64,000 bases of DNA from Pseudomonadota bacterium (GCA_041182625.1 JBEGNF010000010.1:7222-71221), one strand, 5' to 3'; counted from the first letter of the stretch, positions 1-10,350 are shown. The notes: generated by a model not told the origin, from the letters alone. Numbers and translations: made by a program.

Positions 1-2
1 AT

Positions 3-1079
3 CCGGGCATCGGTAAATCCACCTTGCTGTTGCAGGCACTGGCGAATCTGTCGCGCGTCAAGCGTGCGCTCTATGTCAGTGGTGAAGAATCCGGCGCACA
101 AGTCGCTTTGCGCGCGCGGCGGCTGGCGATTGACGCCGATAGTCTGCAGCTGCAGGCAGAGATTCAGCTTGAAAAAATCCTTAACACGCTGGCCGAGCAA
201 AAGCCGGAAGTCGCGGTCGTTGATTCGATACAGACCCTGTACTCGGATGCGCTGACCTCCGCGCCGGGTTCGGTTGCGCAGGTGCGCGAATGCGCAGCGC
301 AACTGACGCGCGTGGCCAAGCAGTCGGGTATCACCATCATTCTGGTCGGGCATGTCACCAAAGAGGGCGCACTGGCAGGCCCGCGCGTGCTCGAGCACAT
401 CGTCGATACCGTGCTGTATTTCGAAGGTGATACCCACTCCAGCTTCCGTCTGGTGCGCGCCTTCAAGAATCGCTTCGGCGCCGTGAACGAACTGGGCGTG
501 TTCGCCATGACCGAGAAAGGCCTGAAAGGCGTCTCCAATCCATCGGCGCTCTTCTTGTCGCAGCATGACAGCCAAGTGCCCGGTTCCTGTGTGATGGTCA
601 CGCAAGAGGGTACCCGTCCGCTGCTGGTCGAAATACAGGCGCTGGTCGATGCCTCGCACGTGCCGAATGCACGCCGGCTCTCCGTTGGGCTGGAACAGAA
701 CCGGCTGGCGATGCTGCTCGCCGTGCTGCATCGGCATGCGGGTGTTGCTGCCTACGATCAGGATGTGTTCATCAACGCTGTCGGCGGTGTGAAGATTACC
801 GAGCCCGCAGCGGACCTGGCGGTGCTGCTGGCGATACAGTCCTCGATGCGCAACAAGCCCCTGCCGCGCGGACTGGTGGCGTTTGGCGAAGTCGGCCTGG
901 CGGGCGAGATTCGCCCGGCGCCGCGTGGCCAGGAGCGTCTGAAGGAAGCGGCGAAGCTGGGATTCTCGGTCGCGTTGGTGCCCAAGTCGAATCTTCCCAA
1001 GCAACCGATCGAAGGCCTTCAGGTGATTGGCGTCGAGCGTATTGATGAAGCGATGAATCGCGTGCGGGAGTTGCCGTAG
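3..1079 (+). CDS. radA: DNA repair protein RadA/Sms (5' end lies before the window)
   Basis: Frame is open from base 3 (PGIGKSTLL, Walker A). It contains YVSGEES, the KNRFG motif and a C-terminal Lon-like domain. Confidence 0.97.
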   Translation, partial: PGIGKSTLLLQALANLSRVKRALYVSGEESGAQVALRARRLAIDADSLQLQAEIQLEKILNTLAEQKPEVAVVDSIQTLYSDALTSAPGSVAQVRECAAQLTRVAKQSGITIILVGHVTKEGALAGPRVLEHIVDTVLYFEGDTHSSFRLVRAFKNRFGAVNELGVFAMTEKGLKGVSNPSALFLSQHDSQVPGSCVMVTQEGTRPLLVEIQALVDASHVPNARRLSVGLEQNRLAMLLAVLHRHAGVAAYDQDVFINAVGGVKITEPAADLAVLLAIQSSMRNKPLPRGLVAFGEVGLAGEIRPAPRGQERLKEAAKLGFSVALVPKSNLPKQPIEGLQVIGVERIDEAMNRVRELP

Positions 1080-1172
1080 CGCCCGAGGTCTTTCTTCTTC
1101 AACGGCTGCAGGCTCGAGGGTGTCCTGAACCTCTGCACCGCGCGAGCCTTTCTTGCTATTCACTAGTCCATC

Positions 1173-2504
1173 TCAATGCATCGATGCCAGCACAAGTTGT
1201 GCCGCTGTAAGGCCGCTGCGCACCGCGCTTTCTATCGTTGCAGGATAAGGTCCGGCGGTGTAATCCCCCGCCAGCCAGACATTAGGCAGCGAGGTCTGAT
1301 GCGTTGGTCGCTGCAGATCCGGTGTGCATGCAAAGGTGGCGCGTTTCTCGGTGATGATCTGGGTCCAGACGGGTGACACCAGCGCAGGATCATTGAATAC
1401 GCCTGCCAGTTGCTTCGTGACTGCATTGATCAGCGACGGGTGAGATAGTTGAATCGCTTCCGATGATGCGCTAATCACCACCGCGAGCAGGCCAGCGTGT
1501 GCTTCATTTAGCCAGCCGCGATCAAACACAAACTGTCCCCACTGATTGTCAGCCGGATGGTCTGCCAGCGCATACATAGGCTGCGCGAGCCGCAGGTTGG
1601 CATCGTATTGCAGGTAGCAGGTCGTGATCGGCTCATGCTCGAACTGAAGCGATGCCGCCAGCGCGCTGTCGTGCGGCGCCAGCAGTGACTGCGTGACCGG
1701 CGCCGGGCTGGCGATGATGATCTGATCGAAGCTTGCCGTGGGCGGATCTGTTCCGTCGATCTCCAGCGTCCACCGATGCTTCATCGCGTGCATCGAGCGC
1801 ACGCGTGCGCCCGCTTTATAATGACCATGATGCTTCTCGAGATAAGCGATGGCGGCGTCCGGGAAGAGTGCCGACAGATCTTCCGTGGGCAGCAGCATGT
1901 CGGACGCGCTGCGGGCAGCGCCCAGCGAGTCGCCCAGCACGCGCAGAAACACCCGCGCCGAGGCCCGCTCGGGCGGGGTGTTCAGCGCAGCGATACACAG
2001 CGGTCGCCACATCAGTTGTACCAGTCGTTCGGTCTGGTCGAAGCGATCCAGAAGCGCATTCACGCTGCAATCCATGTCCAGCTGCCAGTCCATCCAGCGA
2101 GCCGCAGTAGAAAAACGTGCCAGCGAGAGCTTGTCGGCGGCGCTTAGTCCTTTCGCGCGCAGGATGGCGACAAGAAGATGAAACGGCGCGGGAAGTCGCG
2201 GTGCAATGAAGTCGATGCCGCCGGCGTCAGGCGGGTAGCGCATCTGCAGCGGCAAGCGGAGCATCGCCCTCGCGGGATCGATGCCGACTTGGCGCATCAT
2301 GTGCAGGGTGTCGTGATACGCGCCGAGCAGGATGTGCTGCCCATTGTCGAGCGTTCGACCCTCGTGCTCGACACGCCGCGCGCGCCCGCCAGCGGTGCGT
2401 GCCGCCTCGAACAGCGTCACGCGCACGCCGCGCCGCGCCAGCTCGACCGCCGCTGAGCAGCCGGCCCAGCCGGCGCCAATGATGGCGACCTGTGTTTTTT
2501 TCAT
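1173..2504 (-). CDS. hpnE: Hydroxysqualene dehydroxylase HpnE (FAD-dependent)
   Basis: N-terminal GAGWAG Rossmann motif, DNGQHILLGAY, C-terminal LAGDYT..YPATIESAVRSG; lies downstream of hpnC and hpnD. Confidence 0.92.
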   Translation of the reverse strand: MKKTQVAIIGAGWAGCSAAVELARRGVRVTLFEAARTAGGRARRVEHEGRTLDNGQHILLGAYHDTLHMMRQVGIDPARAMLRLPLQMRYPPDAGGIDFIAPRLPAPFHLLVAILRAKGLSAADKLSLARFSTAARWMDWQLDMDCSVNALLDRFDQTERLVQLMWRPLCIAALNTPPERASARVFLRVLGDSLGAARSASDMLLPTEDLSALFPDAAIAYLEKHHGHYKAGARVRSMHAMKHRWTLEIDGTDPPTASFDQIIIASPAPVTQSLLAPHDSALAASLQFEHEPITTCYLQYDANLRLAQPMYALADHPADNQWGQFVFDRGWLNEAHAGLLAVVISASSEAIQLSHPSLINAVTKQLAGVFNDPALVSPVWTQIITEKRATFACTPDLQRPTHQTSLPNVWLAGDYTAGPYPATIESAVRSGLTAAQLVLASMH

Positions 2505-2517
2505 GAGGAGGTGTTTT

Positions 2518-3351
2518 TCAGGGTCTGACCCAGGTTTTCCATGCCAGCCATAACTTGCGCAGCGGTGTCAGTGACACTTTATGCTGAAGCACATGGAAGC
2601 CATCGCGCTGTATTTCGTCAAGCAAGGTGCGATAGATCGCCGCCATGATCAGACCGGGCCGTTGCGCGCGGCGGTCAGCGGTGGGCAGCGTGGCAAAGGC
2701 GTCGTCGTACAGCGACTGCGCCCGCTGCGTCTGGAATTGCATCAGCGCCTCGAATCGTTCGCTGTGCTTGGCCTGGAGGATCTCGGCGGCGGTGACCTGG
2801 TATTCCTGCAATTCGCTGATCGGCAGGTAGATGCGGCCCCGGCGCGCATCTTCGCCGACATCGCGGATGATATTCGTGAGCTGAAAGGCCAGTCCGAGTT
2901 TCTCTGCATAGCTGAGCGTGCGCTCGTCGCTGTAACCGAAGATGCTGGCCGACATGATGCCGACGACGCTGGCGACGTGCCAGCAATAGCGCTGCAGCGC
3001 AGGATAATCAAGATAGCGGGTCTGCGTCAGATCCATTTCCATCCCATCAATGACGGCCAGCAGATGCTCGCCACGCAGGCCGAACGTGGACAGGTGCGGC
3101 TGCAGCGCCTGCGTCACGGGGTGAGTCGGCGAGCCTGACAGCAGTCTCTGTACTTCGCGTCGCCACCACTCGAGCGTGGTGCGTGCGATGGAAGGGTCGC
3201 TGGTCTCATCCACCACATCGTCAACTTCGCGGCAGAACGCATACAGCGCGGTGATGGCCTTGCGCCGCTGCGGTGGCAGAAACAGAAAGCTGTAATAAAA
3301 GCTTGAGCCACTTTGTGCGGCTTTTTGTTGGCAGTATTCGTCGGGTGTCAT
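2518..3351 (-). CDS. hpnD: Presqualene diphosphate synthase HpnD
   Basis: SGSSFYYSF, CREVDDVVDE and FQLTNIIRDVGED motifs of the squalene/phytoene synthase family. Confidence 0.95.
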   Translation of the reverse strand: MTPDEYCQQKAAQSGSSFYYSFLFLPPQRRKAITALYAFCREVDDVVDETSDPSIARTTLEWWRREVQRLLSGSPTHPVTQALQPHLSTFGLRGEHLLAVIDGMEMDLTQTRYLDYPALQRYCWHVASVVGIMSASIFGYSDERTLSYAEKLGLAFQLTNIIRDVGEDARRGRIYLPISELQEYQVTAAEILQAKHSERFEALMQFQTQRAQSLYDDAFATLPTADRRAQRPGLIMAAIYRTLLDEIQRDGFHVLQHKVSLTPLRKLWLAWKTWVRP

Positions 3352-3385
3352 CGTCAGATCGGGAAGACCCTAAAGACCAAAAAAA

Positions 3386-4228
3386 TCAGCGAGCAGAAGA
3401 CCGACGCAGCGTGGGCACGGGTTGTGACCATGCACGCCAGATCATCAGCAGCCAGTCAGCCGCATGCAGCGTGGGGCGGCGACGGAACACATCATGGCCG
3501 GCAGACTCGATTTTTTCGAGAATGCGCAGCCCACCTTGCACTACCAGCCGCAACTCCCACCCCAGTCGGCCGCCCACTGCCAGTGCCAGCGGCGCACCGG
3601 CGCACATCATCTCGCGGGCGCGATCAATCTCGAACTGCATCAGCGCGTGCCAGCGCTCGTCAATCTCGCCATTCGCGATCTGCTGCTCGGTCACGCCGAA
3701 ATGATCCAGATCTTCCTGGGGCAGGTAGATGCGGGATTTCTCCCAGTCGATGGCCACATCCTGCAAAAAATTGATGATCTGTAGCGCACTGCAGATCGCA
3801 TCGCTCATGCTGAGCGAGCTCTCGCGTGTCTGGTCAGCGAGCGCCAGCATCAGACGCCCGACCGGATTGGCCGAGCGTCTGCAGTAGTCGAGCAGTGCGG
3901 TGAAAGTGGCGTAGCGTGTCTGACGAACGTCTTGCTTGAACGCGGACAAGAGATCGCGCAGCAAAGCCGTGCCGATGCGTCGCTCACGCAGCGTCGCGGA
4001 CAGCTGATGAAAGAGGGGGGCGGTTGGCTTCTGCCCGGCATCGATCAGGTCGAGTTCTCTCTCGTAAGCATCCAGTGCCGCGATACGTTCTTCCGGTCTC
4101 GCATGGCCTTCATCCGCCAGATCGTCGGCGCTACGAGCGAATGCGTACAGCACCCGCACCGGGGCGCGCATCTCGCGGGGTAACAGCGGCGAGGCGACCG
4201 GGAAGTTTTCGTAGTGTTGATCAGGCAT
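3386..4228 (-). CDS. hpnC: Squalene synthase HpnC
   Basis: HYENFPVAS N-terminus, ADDLADEG, YCRRSANPVGRL, LQIINFLQD. Start moved to ATG 4228 (MPDQHYENF); the longer ORF-track start overlaps the divergent gene. Confidence 0.92.
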   Translation of the reverse strand: MPDQHYENFPVASPLLPREMRAPVRVLYAFARSADDLADEGHARPEERIAALDAYERELDLIDAGQKPTAPLFHQLSATLRERRIGTALLRDLLSAFKQDVRQTRYATFTALLDYCRRSANPVGRLMLALADQTRESSLSMSDAICSALQIINFLQDVAIDWEKSRIYLPQEDLDHFGVTEQQIANGEIDERWHALMQFEIDRAREMMCAGAPLALAVGGRLGWELRLVVQGGLRILEKIESAGHDVFRRRPTLHAADWLLMIWRAWSQPVPTLRRSSAR

Positions 4229-4279
4229 GAAGACGAGGGCGGGCGGAGATGTTGTTAAGGCAAAGGAATGTGCTTTCGC

Positions 4280-4305
4280 TATAATTACTAACCGCAAAGT
4301 CAGTA
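4280..4305 (+). promoter_or_regulatory. TATAAT -10 box followed by an imperfect palindrome (possible repressor operator) in the hpnC/RND divergent region
   Basis: TATAAT at 4280-4285, then TACTAAC-CGCAAA-GTCAGTA at 4286-4305 (6/7 inverted match). Confidence 0.45.
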
Positions 4306-4463
4306 GTGGGCGGGTTGGCGGCAGCCTCAGGGGTCGATACGGCCCGTCGGCCAAGGCGTACATCAGCGACGCTGGAGCAAGGCCGTCGGTGCTGCATGGC
4401 GACCTTTGCGGTGCATTGTCTGATTCATCTTCATTTTGCAGGCCGAATAGTAAAGGAAAAAAC

Positions 4464-5609
4464 GTGCTCCGCTTCGCTTCCCGCACCCTGCCCCTTGCGA
4501 TGAACTGGCCGGCGGTCTCGCTGGTGCTCGCCCTAGCAGCCTGCTCCAAGCCAGTCGAGCGTGTCGAGATTGTGCGACCGGTTCGGACCGTGACCGTTGC
4601 GCCTGCTGAAAATCGGGCGCTGGTGGAGCTCTCGGGCGAGATTCAGCCGCGTTACGAATCACGACTGGGTTTTCGCGTCGGTGGCAAGCTGATCGGGCGA
4701 CAGGTCGAGATCGGGAGCATGGTCAAGCGTGGCCAGTTGCTGATGCAGCTTGATCCTGCGGACCTGCAGCTCGCACAATCGCAGGCGAAGGCGGCTGTCA
4801 GTGCAGCCGACAGCAACTTGTCGCTGGCGCGTGCCGAGGCGCAGCGTTATCGGGAGCTACGCCAGAAGAATTTCGTCAGTCAGGCGCTTCTCGATACGAA
4901 AGAAGCGGCCTACCAATCGGCGCTCGCATTGCATGAGCAGGCCAGCGCCGCACTGAAAATCCAGATCAATCAGAGTGGCTACAACAATTTGTACGCCGAT
5001 GCAGCGGGCGTGATCACTGGCATTGATGCCGAGGTCGGACAGGTGGTCGCCGCGGGCGTCCCCGTGATCAGGCTTGCACGTGCTGGTGACAAGGAAGTCC
5101 GAGTCAGTATTCCCGAAGACCAGGTCGATGCGCTGCGTCAGGTGAGCAATCTGACGGTGCGCACCTGGGCTAATCCGCGTGGGCCGATGGAGGGCAAGCT
5201 GCGCGAGCTCTCACCCGTCGCGGATCCGGCGACCAGGACCTACACGGCGAAGATCGCGTTGCCCAAGGCAGGTGAGGATGTCCGGCTGGGCATGACGGCG
5301 ACGGTGCAATTTGTGGTACCTGCGCCGGCCGCAATCCGCTTGCCGCTATCGGCGCTGGTCCGGCAGCAAGAGGGCACAGCGGTCTGGGTGGTAGACGGTG
5401 GCAAGGTCTCGCTGGTCGCGGTGCAAGTCGCCGGTACGATCGGTAATGAGTTGCTGGTGGCCTCTGGCTTGAACCCGGGGCAGGTGGTGGTGACCGCCGG
5501 CGTCAATCAGCTGCAGGTCGGACAGAAGGTCAGTTTGCTCGGTGACGAGTTGTCTGCGAAAGCTCCGGCGGCTGAGACCGGCAAGCCGGACGCCGGGGCT
5601 GGAAAATGA
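4464..5609 (+). CDS. RND efflux periplasmic adaptor (membrane fusion protein), probable lipoprotein
   Basis: Lipobox-like LAACS, FRVGGKL, lipoyl-like and beta-barrel segments. GTG 4464 follows AAGGA; ATG 4500 is an alternative start. Confidence 0.9.
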   Translation: MLRFASRTLPLAMNWPAVSLVLALAACSKPVERVEIVRPVRTVTVAPAENRALVELSGEIQPRYESRLGFRVGGKLIGRQVEIGSMVKRGQLLMQLDPADLQLAQSQAKAAVSAADSNLSLARAEAQRYRELRQKNFVSQALLDTKEAAYQSALALHEQASAALKIQINQSGYNNLYADAAGVITGIDAEVGQVVAAGVPVIRLARAGDKEVRVSIPEDQVDALRQVSNLTVRTWANPRGPMEGKLRELSPVADPATRTYTAKIALPKAGEDVRLGMTATVQFVVPAPAAIRLPLSALVRQQEGTAVWVVDGGKVSLVAVQVAGTIGNELLVASGLNPGQVVVTAGVNQLQVGQKVSLLGDELSAKAPAAETGKPDAGAGK

Positions 5610-8600
5610 AAGGCAGACTGAATCTCTCTCGCTGGGCGCTGGAGCACATACCGTTCATTCGCTACCTGATCGTGGTGCTGCTGCTGGGCGGCGTCATGAG
5701 TTACAGCAAACTCGGGCAAGATGAAGATCCGCCATTCACCTTCCGCGCGATGGTGATTCGCGCCTACTGGCCGGGCAGTAGCTCGGTGCAGATGGCAGAG
5801 CAGGTGACCGACAAGCTGGAGAAAAAACTCCAGGAGACGCCTTACATCGACAAGATCCGCAGCTACTCCAAGCCGGGCGAGACACTGATCATCATCGAGT
5901 TGCGCGAATCGACACCCCCGAGAGAGGTGTCTCAGGTCTGGTATCAGGTGCGAAAAAAGATTGGCGACATTCGTGGCACGTTGCCGTCGGGCGTGCAGGG
6001 GCCTTTCTTTAATGATGAATTTGGCGACACCTTTGGCTCCATCTTTGCGCTGTCGGGCGACGGCTTCAGTCATGCCGAGGTCAAAGATTACGCAGACTTC
6101 GTGCGCCAGCAGCTGCTATCGGTACCCGCAGTTTCCAAAGTGGAGCTCTACGGCGTACAAGACGAAAAGCTGTACATCGATTTCTCGACAAAAAAATTCG
6201 CACAGCTCGGCATTCCTGTCGACAGCGTGATCGCGCAGATCAATGCGCAAAATGCCGTCGAGGGCAGCGGCGTGCTAGTCACACCCACGGACAACTTGCA
6301 GGTGCGTGTGACGGGCGCTCTGATGACCGCGAAAGATCTGGAGAACCTGCCGCTGCGTGCGAACGGCAACAGTTTCCGGCTAGGTGATTTCGCGACCATC
6401 ACGCGTGGCTATGCTGACCCGCCGCGCGACAAGCTACGCTACAACGGCAAGGAAGTGATCGGGCTGGGCGTGTCGATGGAGAAGGGCGGCGACATCATCG
6501 AGCTGGGACATCATCTTGATGTCGCCGCCGAACAGATACGTGCCAAGCTCCCGGTAGGTATCACGCTGGAGCGCGTCGCTGATCAGCCGCGCGCGGTCAG
6601 CTCCTCGGTGAATGAATTCCTGAAGGTGCTGGCTGAGGCGGTGCTCATCGTACTGGCCGTCAGTTTTGTCTCGCTGGGCTTGCACACCCGACCGTTGCGC
6701 ATTGATGTGCGTCCCGGGCTGGTCGTTGCGCTGACCATTCCTCTGGTGCTGGCCGCCACATTTCTCGCGATGCGTATCTTCGGCATCGATCTGCACAAGA
6801 TCTCGCTGGGCGCGCTGATCATTGCGCTGGGCCTGCTGGTCGATGACGCAATCATCGCAGTGGAGATGATGGTGCGCAAAATGGAAGAAGGTTTGTCACG
6901 TTTCGATGCGGCGACCTTTGCCTATACCTCCACCGCGATGCCCATGCTGACCGGCACGCTGATCACGGCCGCTGGATTTTTGCCGATTGGCTTTGCGAAG
7001 TCGGCCGCTGGCGAGTACACATTTTCTATGTTCTCGGTCAACGCGATTGCCTTGTTGATTTCGTGGTTCGCCGCCGTACTTTTTACGCCGTATATCGGCT
7101 ACGTGCTGCTGCGCGTGAAGCCCGCGACGACGGCAGATGGCCATCATGAGCTGTTTGATACGCCGTTCTACACGCGCTTGCGACGAGTGGTGAACTGGTG
7201 CGTGGATTGGCGCAAGACCACCATCATGCTGACGCTGTCCGGATTTTTCCTGGGCGTGTTTGGCTTCAAATTCATCGAGCAGCAGTTCTTTCCGGATTCC
7301 AGCCGTCTAGAGCTGATGGTTGAGCTGTGGCTGCCGGAAGGTTCTTCTTATCAGGCGACTGAGGCACAGGCGAAAAAATTCGAGCGATTCATCACAGAGC
7401 AAGCGGGCGTGGACAGCGTGACCACCTACGTTGGCACGGGCAGCCCGCGCTTCTATCTGCCACTGGACCAGATTTTCCCGCAAACGAATGTGTCGCAAAT
7501 CGTTGTGCTGCCAAAGGATGCGACATCGCGCGAGGCGCTGCGCCTGAAGATTGTTCAGGCGTTCAAGACGGATTTCCCCGAGGTACGGGGTAGGGTGAAA
7601 TTGCTGCCGAACGGTCCGCCCGTGCCTTACCCGGTGCAGTTCCGTGTGACGGGCACCGAGATCGACAAGGTGAGAGTGATCGCCGATGAGGTCAAGGCGA
7701 TCATGCGCAAGAACCCGCACGCGATCGGTGTGAACGATAACTGGAACGAGTCGGTCAAGGTACTGCGCATCGATCTGGATCAGGACAAGCTCAGAACGAT
7801 GGGTGTCAGCTCTCAGACAGTGATGCGGGCGGCGAACACCATACTCAGCGGCTCGACCATCGGGCAGTTCCGTACCGGTGACAAGCTGATCGACATCGTG
7901 ATGCGGCAACCGGTCGAGGAGCGCAGCACCATCACCGCGCTCAGCAACGCCAGCATACCGACAGCCAGCGGCCGTGCGGTGCCGCTGTCGCAACTGGCAA
8001 CGCCGCGTTTCGTCTGGGAGCCAGGCGTCATATGGCGTTATGGACGCGAATGGGCAATCACGGTGCAATCCGATGTGGCCGACGGCATTCAGGGACCAAC
8101 GGTCTCGATGCAGATCGATCCGCAGCTGGACGGCCTTCGTGCGAAGCTACCGCCGGGCTACAAGATCAGTCTGGAGGGCGCGATCGCCGATAGCGGCAAG
8201 GCGCAGGAATCCATCGCGGCCAATGTGCCGCTGGTTATTTTTATTGTTTTTACTTTGCTGATGCTGCAGCTGCACAGTTTCTCGCGCTCGGTGCTGGTGT
8301 TCTTGACGGGACCGTTGGGCGTAGCGGGCGCGGCGATGGCGCTGTTGATCTTGCAGCGGCCTTTCGGCTTTGTCGCGCAGCTCGGCGTCATTGCACTGTT
8401 CGGGATGATCATCCGAAATTCGGTCATTCTGGTTGATCAGATCGAGCAAGATATCGCGGCCGGGATCCCGGCCTGGGATGCGATCGTGGGTTCAGTGGTC
8501 CGACGCTGTCGTCCCATTATGCTGACGGCGGCCACGGCGGTGCTGGCGCTGGGGGCCGATGGCGGTGGCGATCATGGGCGGGCTGATCGTGGCAACCGTG

Positions 8601-8758
8601 CTCACGCTGCTGTTCCTGCCCGCGCTGTATGCGGCGTGGTTCAGGGTGAAGCGCCCGGTTTCTCCTGTGGCGCGATGACCAGGAACGAAGCAGAATCTTC
8701 CCCCATTACCGTGGCAGCGGGGTGCACAACCGGAGCATTTTGCTTGATTTTCCAGTAA
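5606..8758 (+). CDS. RND efflux permease (AcrB/AcrD/AcrF family), frameshifted near the C-terminus; ancestral stop probably 8678
   Basis: GLLVDDAII, GMIIRNSVILVD and RCRPIMLT motifs. After VLAL at about 8551 the main frame turns non-homologous, while the +1 frame reads WGPMAVAIMGGLIVATVLTLLFLPALYAAWFRVKR to TGA 8676-8678. Confidence 0.9.
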   Translation: MKGRLNLSRWALEHIPFIRYLIVVLLLGGVMSYSKLGQDEDPPFTFRAMVIRAYWPGSSSVQMAEQVTDKLEKKLQETPYIDKIRSYSKPGETLIIIELRESTPPREVSQVWYQVRKKIGDIRGTLPSGVQGPFFNDEFGDTFGSIFALSGDGFSHAEVKDYADFVRQQLLSVPAVSKVELYGVQDEKLYIDFSTKKFAQLGIPVDSVIAQINAQNAVEGSGVLVTPTDNLQVRVTGALMTAKDLENLPLRANGNSFRLGDFATITRGYADPPRDKLRYNGKEVIGLGVSMEKGGDIIELGHHLDVAAEQIRAKLPVGITLERVADQPRAVSSSVNEFLKVLAEAVLIVLAVSFVSLGLHTRPLRIDVRPGLVVALTIPLVLAATFLAMRIFGIDLHKISLGALIIALGLLVDDAIIAVEMMVRKMEEGLSRFDAATFAYTSTAMPMLTGTLITAAGFLPIGFAKSAAGEYTFSMFSVNAIALLISWFAAVLFTPYIGYVLLRVKPATTADGHHELFDTPFYTRLRRVVNWCVDWRKTTIMLTLSGFFLGVFGFKFIEQQFFPDSSRLELMVELWLPEGSSYQATEAQAKKFERFITEQAGVDSVTTYVGTGSPRFYLPLDQIFPQTNVSQIVVLPKDATSREALRLKIVQAFKTDFPEVRGRVKLLPNGPPVPYPVQFRVTGTEIDKVRVIADEVKAIMRKNPHAIGVNDNWNESVKVLRIDLDQDKLRTMGVSSQTVMRAANTILSGSTIGQFRTGDKLIDIVMRQPVEERSTITALSNASIPTASGRAVPLSQLATPRFVWEPGVIWRYGREWAITVQSDVADGIQGPTVSMQIDPQLDGLRAKLPPGYKISLEGAIADSGKAQESIAANVPLVIFIVFTLLMLQLHSFSRSVLVFLTGPLGVAGAAMALLILQRPFGFVAQLGVIALFGMIIRNSVILVDQIEQDIAAGIPAWDAIVGSVVRRCRPIMLTAATAVLALGADGGGDHGRADRGNRAHAAVPARAVCGVVQGEAPGFSCGAMTRNEAESSPITVAAGCTTGAFCLIFQ

Positions 8759-8797
8759 AATTCACTATTGGAGTCACAGCCACCACAATGGCAACGC

Positions 8798-8830
8798 AGG
8801 GCGACCGCTCTTGACGCTGGGTCGCCCTTT
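8798..8830 (+). terminator. Hairpin with T-rich tail between the RND permease and tRNA-Leu
   Basis: AGGGCGACC (8798-8806) pairs with GGTCGCCCT (8820-8828), followed by TTGCTTTT. Confidence 0.35.
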
Positions 8831-8888
8831 GCTTTTGTTGAAACTGTGTCGGGTTAGCTGCTCTTCCGGGACGCTGCGCCCGATAGCC

Positions 8889-8975
8889 GCGAGGATGGCG
8901 AAATTGGTAGACGCACCAGGTTTAGGTCCTGACGCCAGCAATGGTGTGGGGGTTCGAGTCCCCCTCCTCGCACCA
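8889..8975 (+). tRNA. tRNA-Leu (anticodon TAG)
   Basis: GCGAGGA..TCCTCGCACCA acceptor stem, TT-TAG-GT loop, long variable arm, GGTTCGAGTCC T-arm, encoded CCA. Confidence 0.96.
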
Positions 8976-9006
8976 CGGTTCTGATTAACATTTTTGGACG
9001 AAGCAC

Positions 9007-10350
9007 ATGTCAACTGAAGTCGAAACCCTTGAAAAACTCGAACGCCGGGTGACGCTGACCGTGCCTCTGGCTGAGATTAACGCCGAGGTCGAGAAGCGCC
9101 TGAAAGTGCGCGCCCGGACGGCCAAGGCGCCCGGATTCAGGCCCGGCAAAGTGCCGATGAAGATGATCGCTGCGCAGTACGGCCCGATGGTCGAGAACGA
9201 GGTGCTGAACGATACCGTGGGCCGCGCATTCGCGACGACAGCGGCATCGAACAATCTTCGAGTCGCCGGTTATCCGCGCATCGAGCCGAAAGAGGGCGCT
9301 AGTGTCGAGGGCTCGCTGGTGTTCCAGGCGACTTTCGAGATCTACCCCGAAGTGAAGATCGGCGACCTGTCTTCAATCGAGATCGAGAAAAGCCGCTCGG
9401 ATATCACCGATGCCGAGATCGACAAGACCATTGACATCCTGCGCAAGCAGCGCGTTCACTTCCATACCAAGGGGGAGCATCATGCGCACGGCGACGGCGG
9501 TGCCGATGTCTCCGCGCAGAACGGCGATCGCGTGACCATCGATTTCGTTGGCAAGATCGATGGGGTTGAGTTCGCTGGTGGCAAGGCAGACAATTTTTCT
9601 TTCGTGCTGGGTGAGGGCCGCATGCTGGCGGATTTCGAAAAAGCCACCCTTGGCCTGAAAGTCGGCGAGAGCCGAACCTTCCCGCTGGACTTTCCCGAGG
9701 ACTACCACGGCAAAGATGTTGCCGGCAAAACCGCAGAATTCACGATCACCGTGAAGAATGTCGAATGGGCGCACATGCCCGAGGTAAATAACGAGTTCGC
9801 CCAGAGCCTGGGCATTGCCGATGGCGATCTGCAAAAAATGCGCGACGACATCCGTGTGAATCTGGAACGCGAAGTCGGTAGCCGCGTCAAATCGCGCACC
9901 AAGCAGAGCGTGATGGATGCGCTGCTGAAAGTAGCCGAGCTGGACGTTCCCAAATCTCTGCTGGAGCAAGATGCTGAGCGTCTGGCCGACATGACCCGCG
10001 AAGACATGCGTCAGCGCGGCGTCAATGTGAAAGACATGCCTTTCCCCGCTGACCTGTTTACGCAGCAGGCAGACCGCCGCGTTCGTCTGGGCCTGATCTT
10101 GTCCGAAATGGTCAAGGCGAATTCGCTGAGTGCGACCCCCGAGCAGATCAAGACGTATATCGAAGACTTCTCGAAGGCCTACGAAGATCCGCAGCAAGTC
10201 ATCAAGTATTACTACAGTGACCGCAACCGTATTGCCGAAGTTGAAGCGCTCGTGCTCGAAGAAAATGTGGTCAATTTTGTGCTGGAAAAAGCCAAGATCA
10301 AGGAAACGACCGTACCGTTTGATGATCTGATGAACAACTCGCAGGACTGA
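9007..10350 (+). CDS. tig: Trigger factor
   Basis: GFRPGKVP ribosome-binding motif, FKBP domain, position upstream of clpP. Confidence 0.97.
   Translation: MSTEVETLEKLERRVTLTVPLAEINAEVEKRLKVRARTAKAPGFRPGKVPMKMIAAQYGPMVENEVLNDTVGRAFATTAASNNLRVAGYPRIEPKEGASVEGSLVFQATFEIYPEVKIGDLSSIEIEKSRSDITDAEIDKTIDILRKQRVHFHTKGEHHAHGDGGADVSAQNGDRVTIDFVGKIDGVEFAGGKADNFSFVLGEGRMLADFEKATLGLKVGESRTFPLDFPEDYHGKDVAGKTAEFTITVKNVEWAHMPEVNNEFAQSLGIADGDLQKMRDDIRVNLEREVGSRVKSRTKQSVMDALLKVAELDVPKSLLEQDAERLADMTREDMRQRGVNVKDMPFPADLFTQQADRRVRLGLILSEMVKANSLSATPEQIKTYIEDFSKAYEDPQQVIKYYYSDRNRIAEVEALVLEENVVNFVLEKAKIKETTVPFDDLMNNSQD

Noticed and set aside
4227-4549. Apparent 320-bp head-to-head overlap between hpnC and the RND adaptor
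   Set aside because: It is an artefact of the longest-ORF starts. Homology and SD evidence place the starts at 4228 and 4464.
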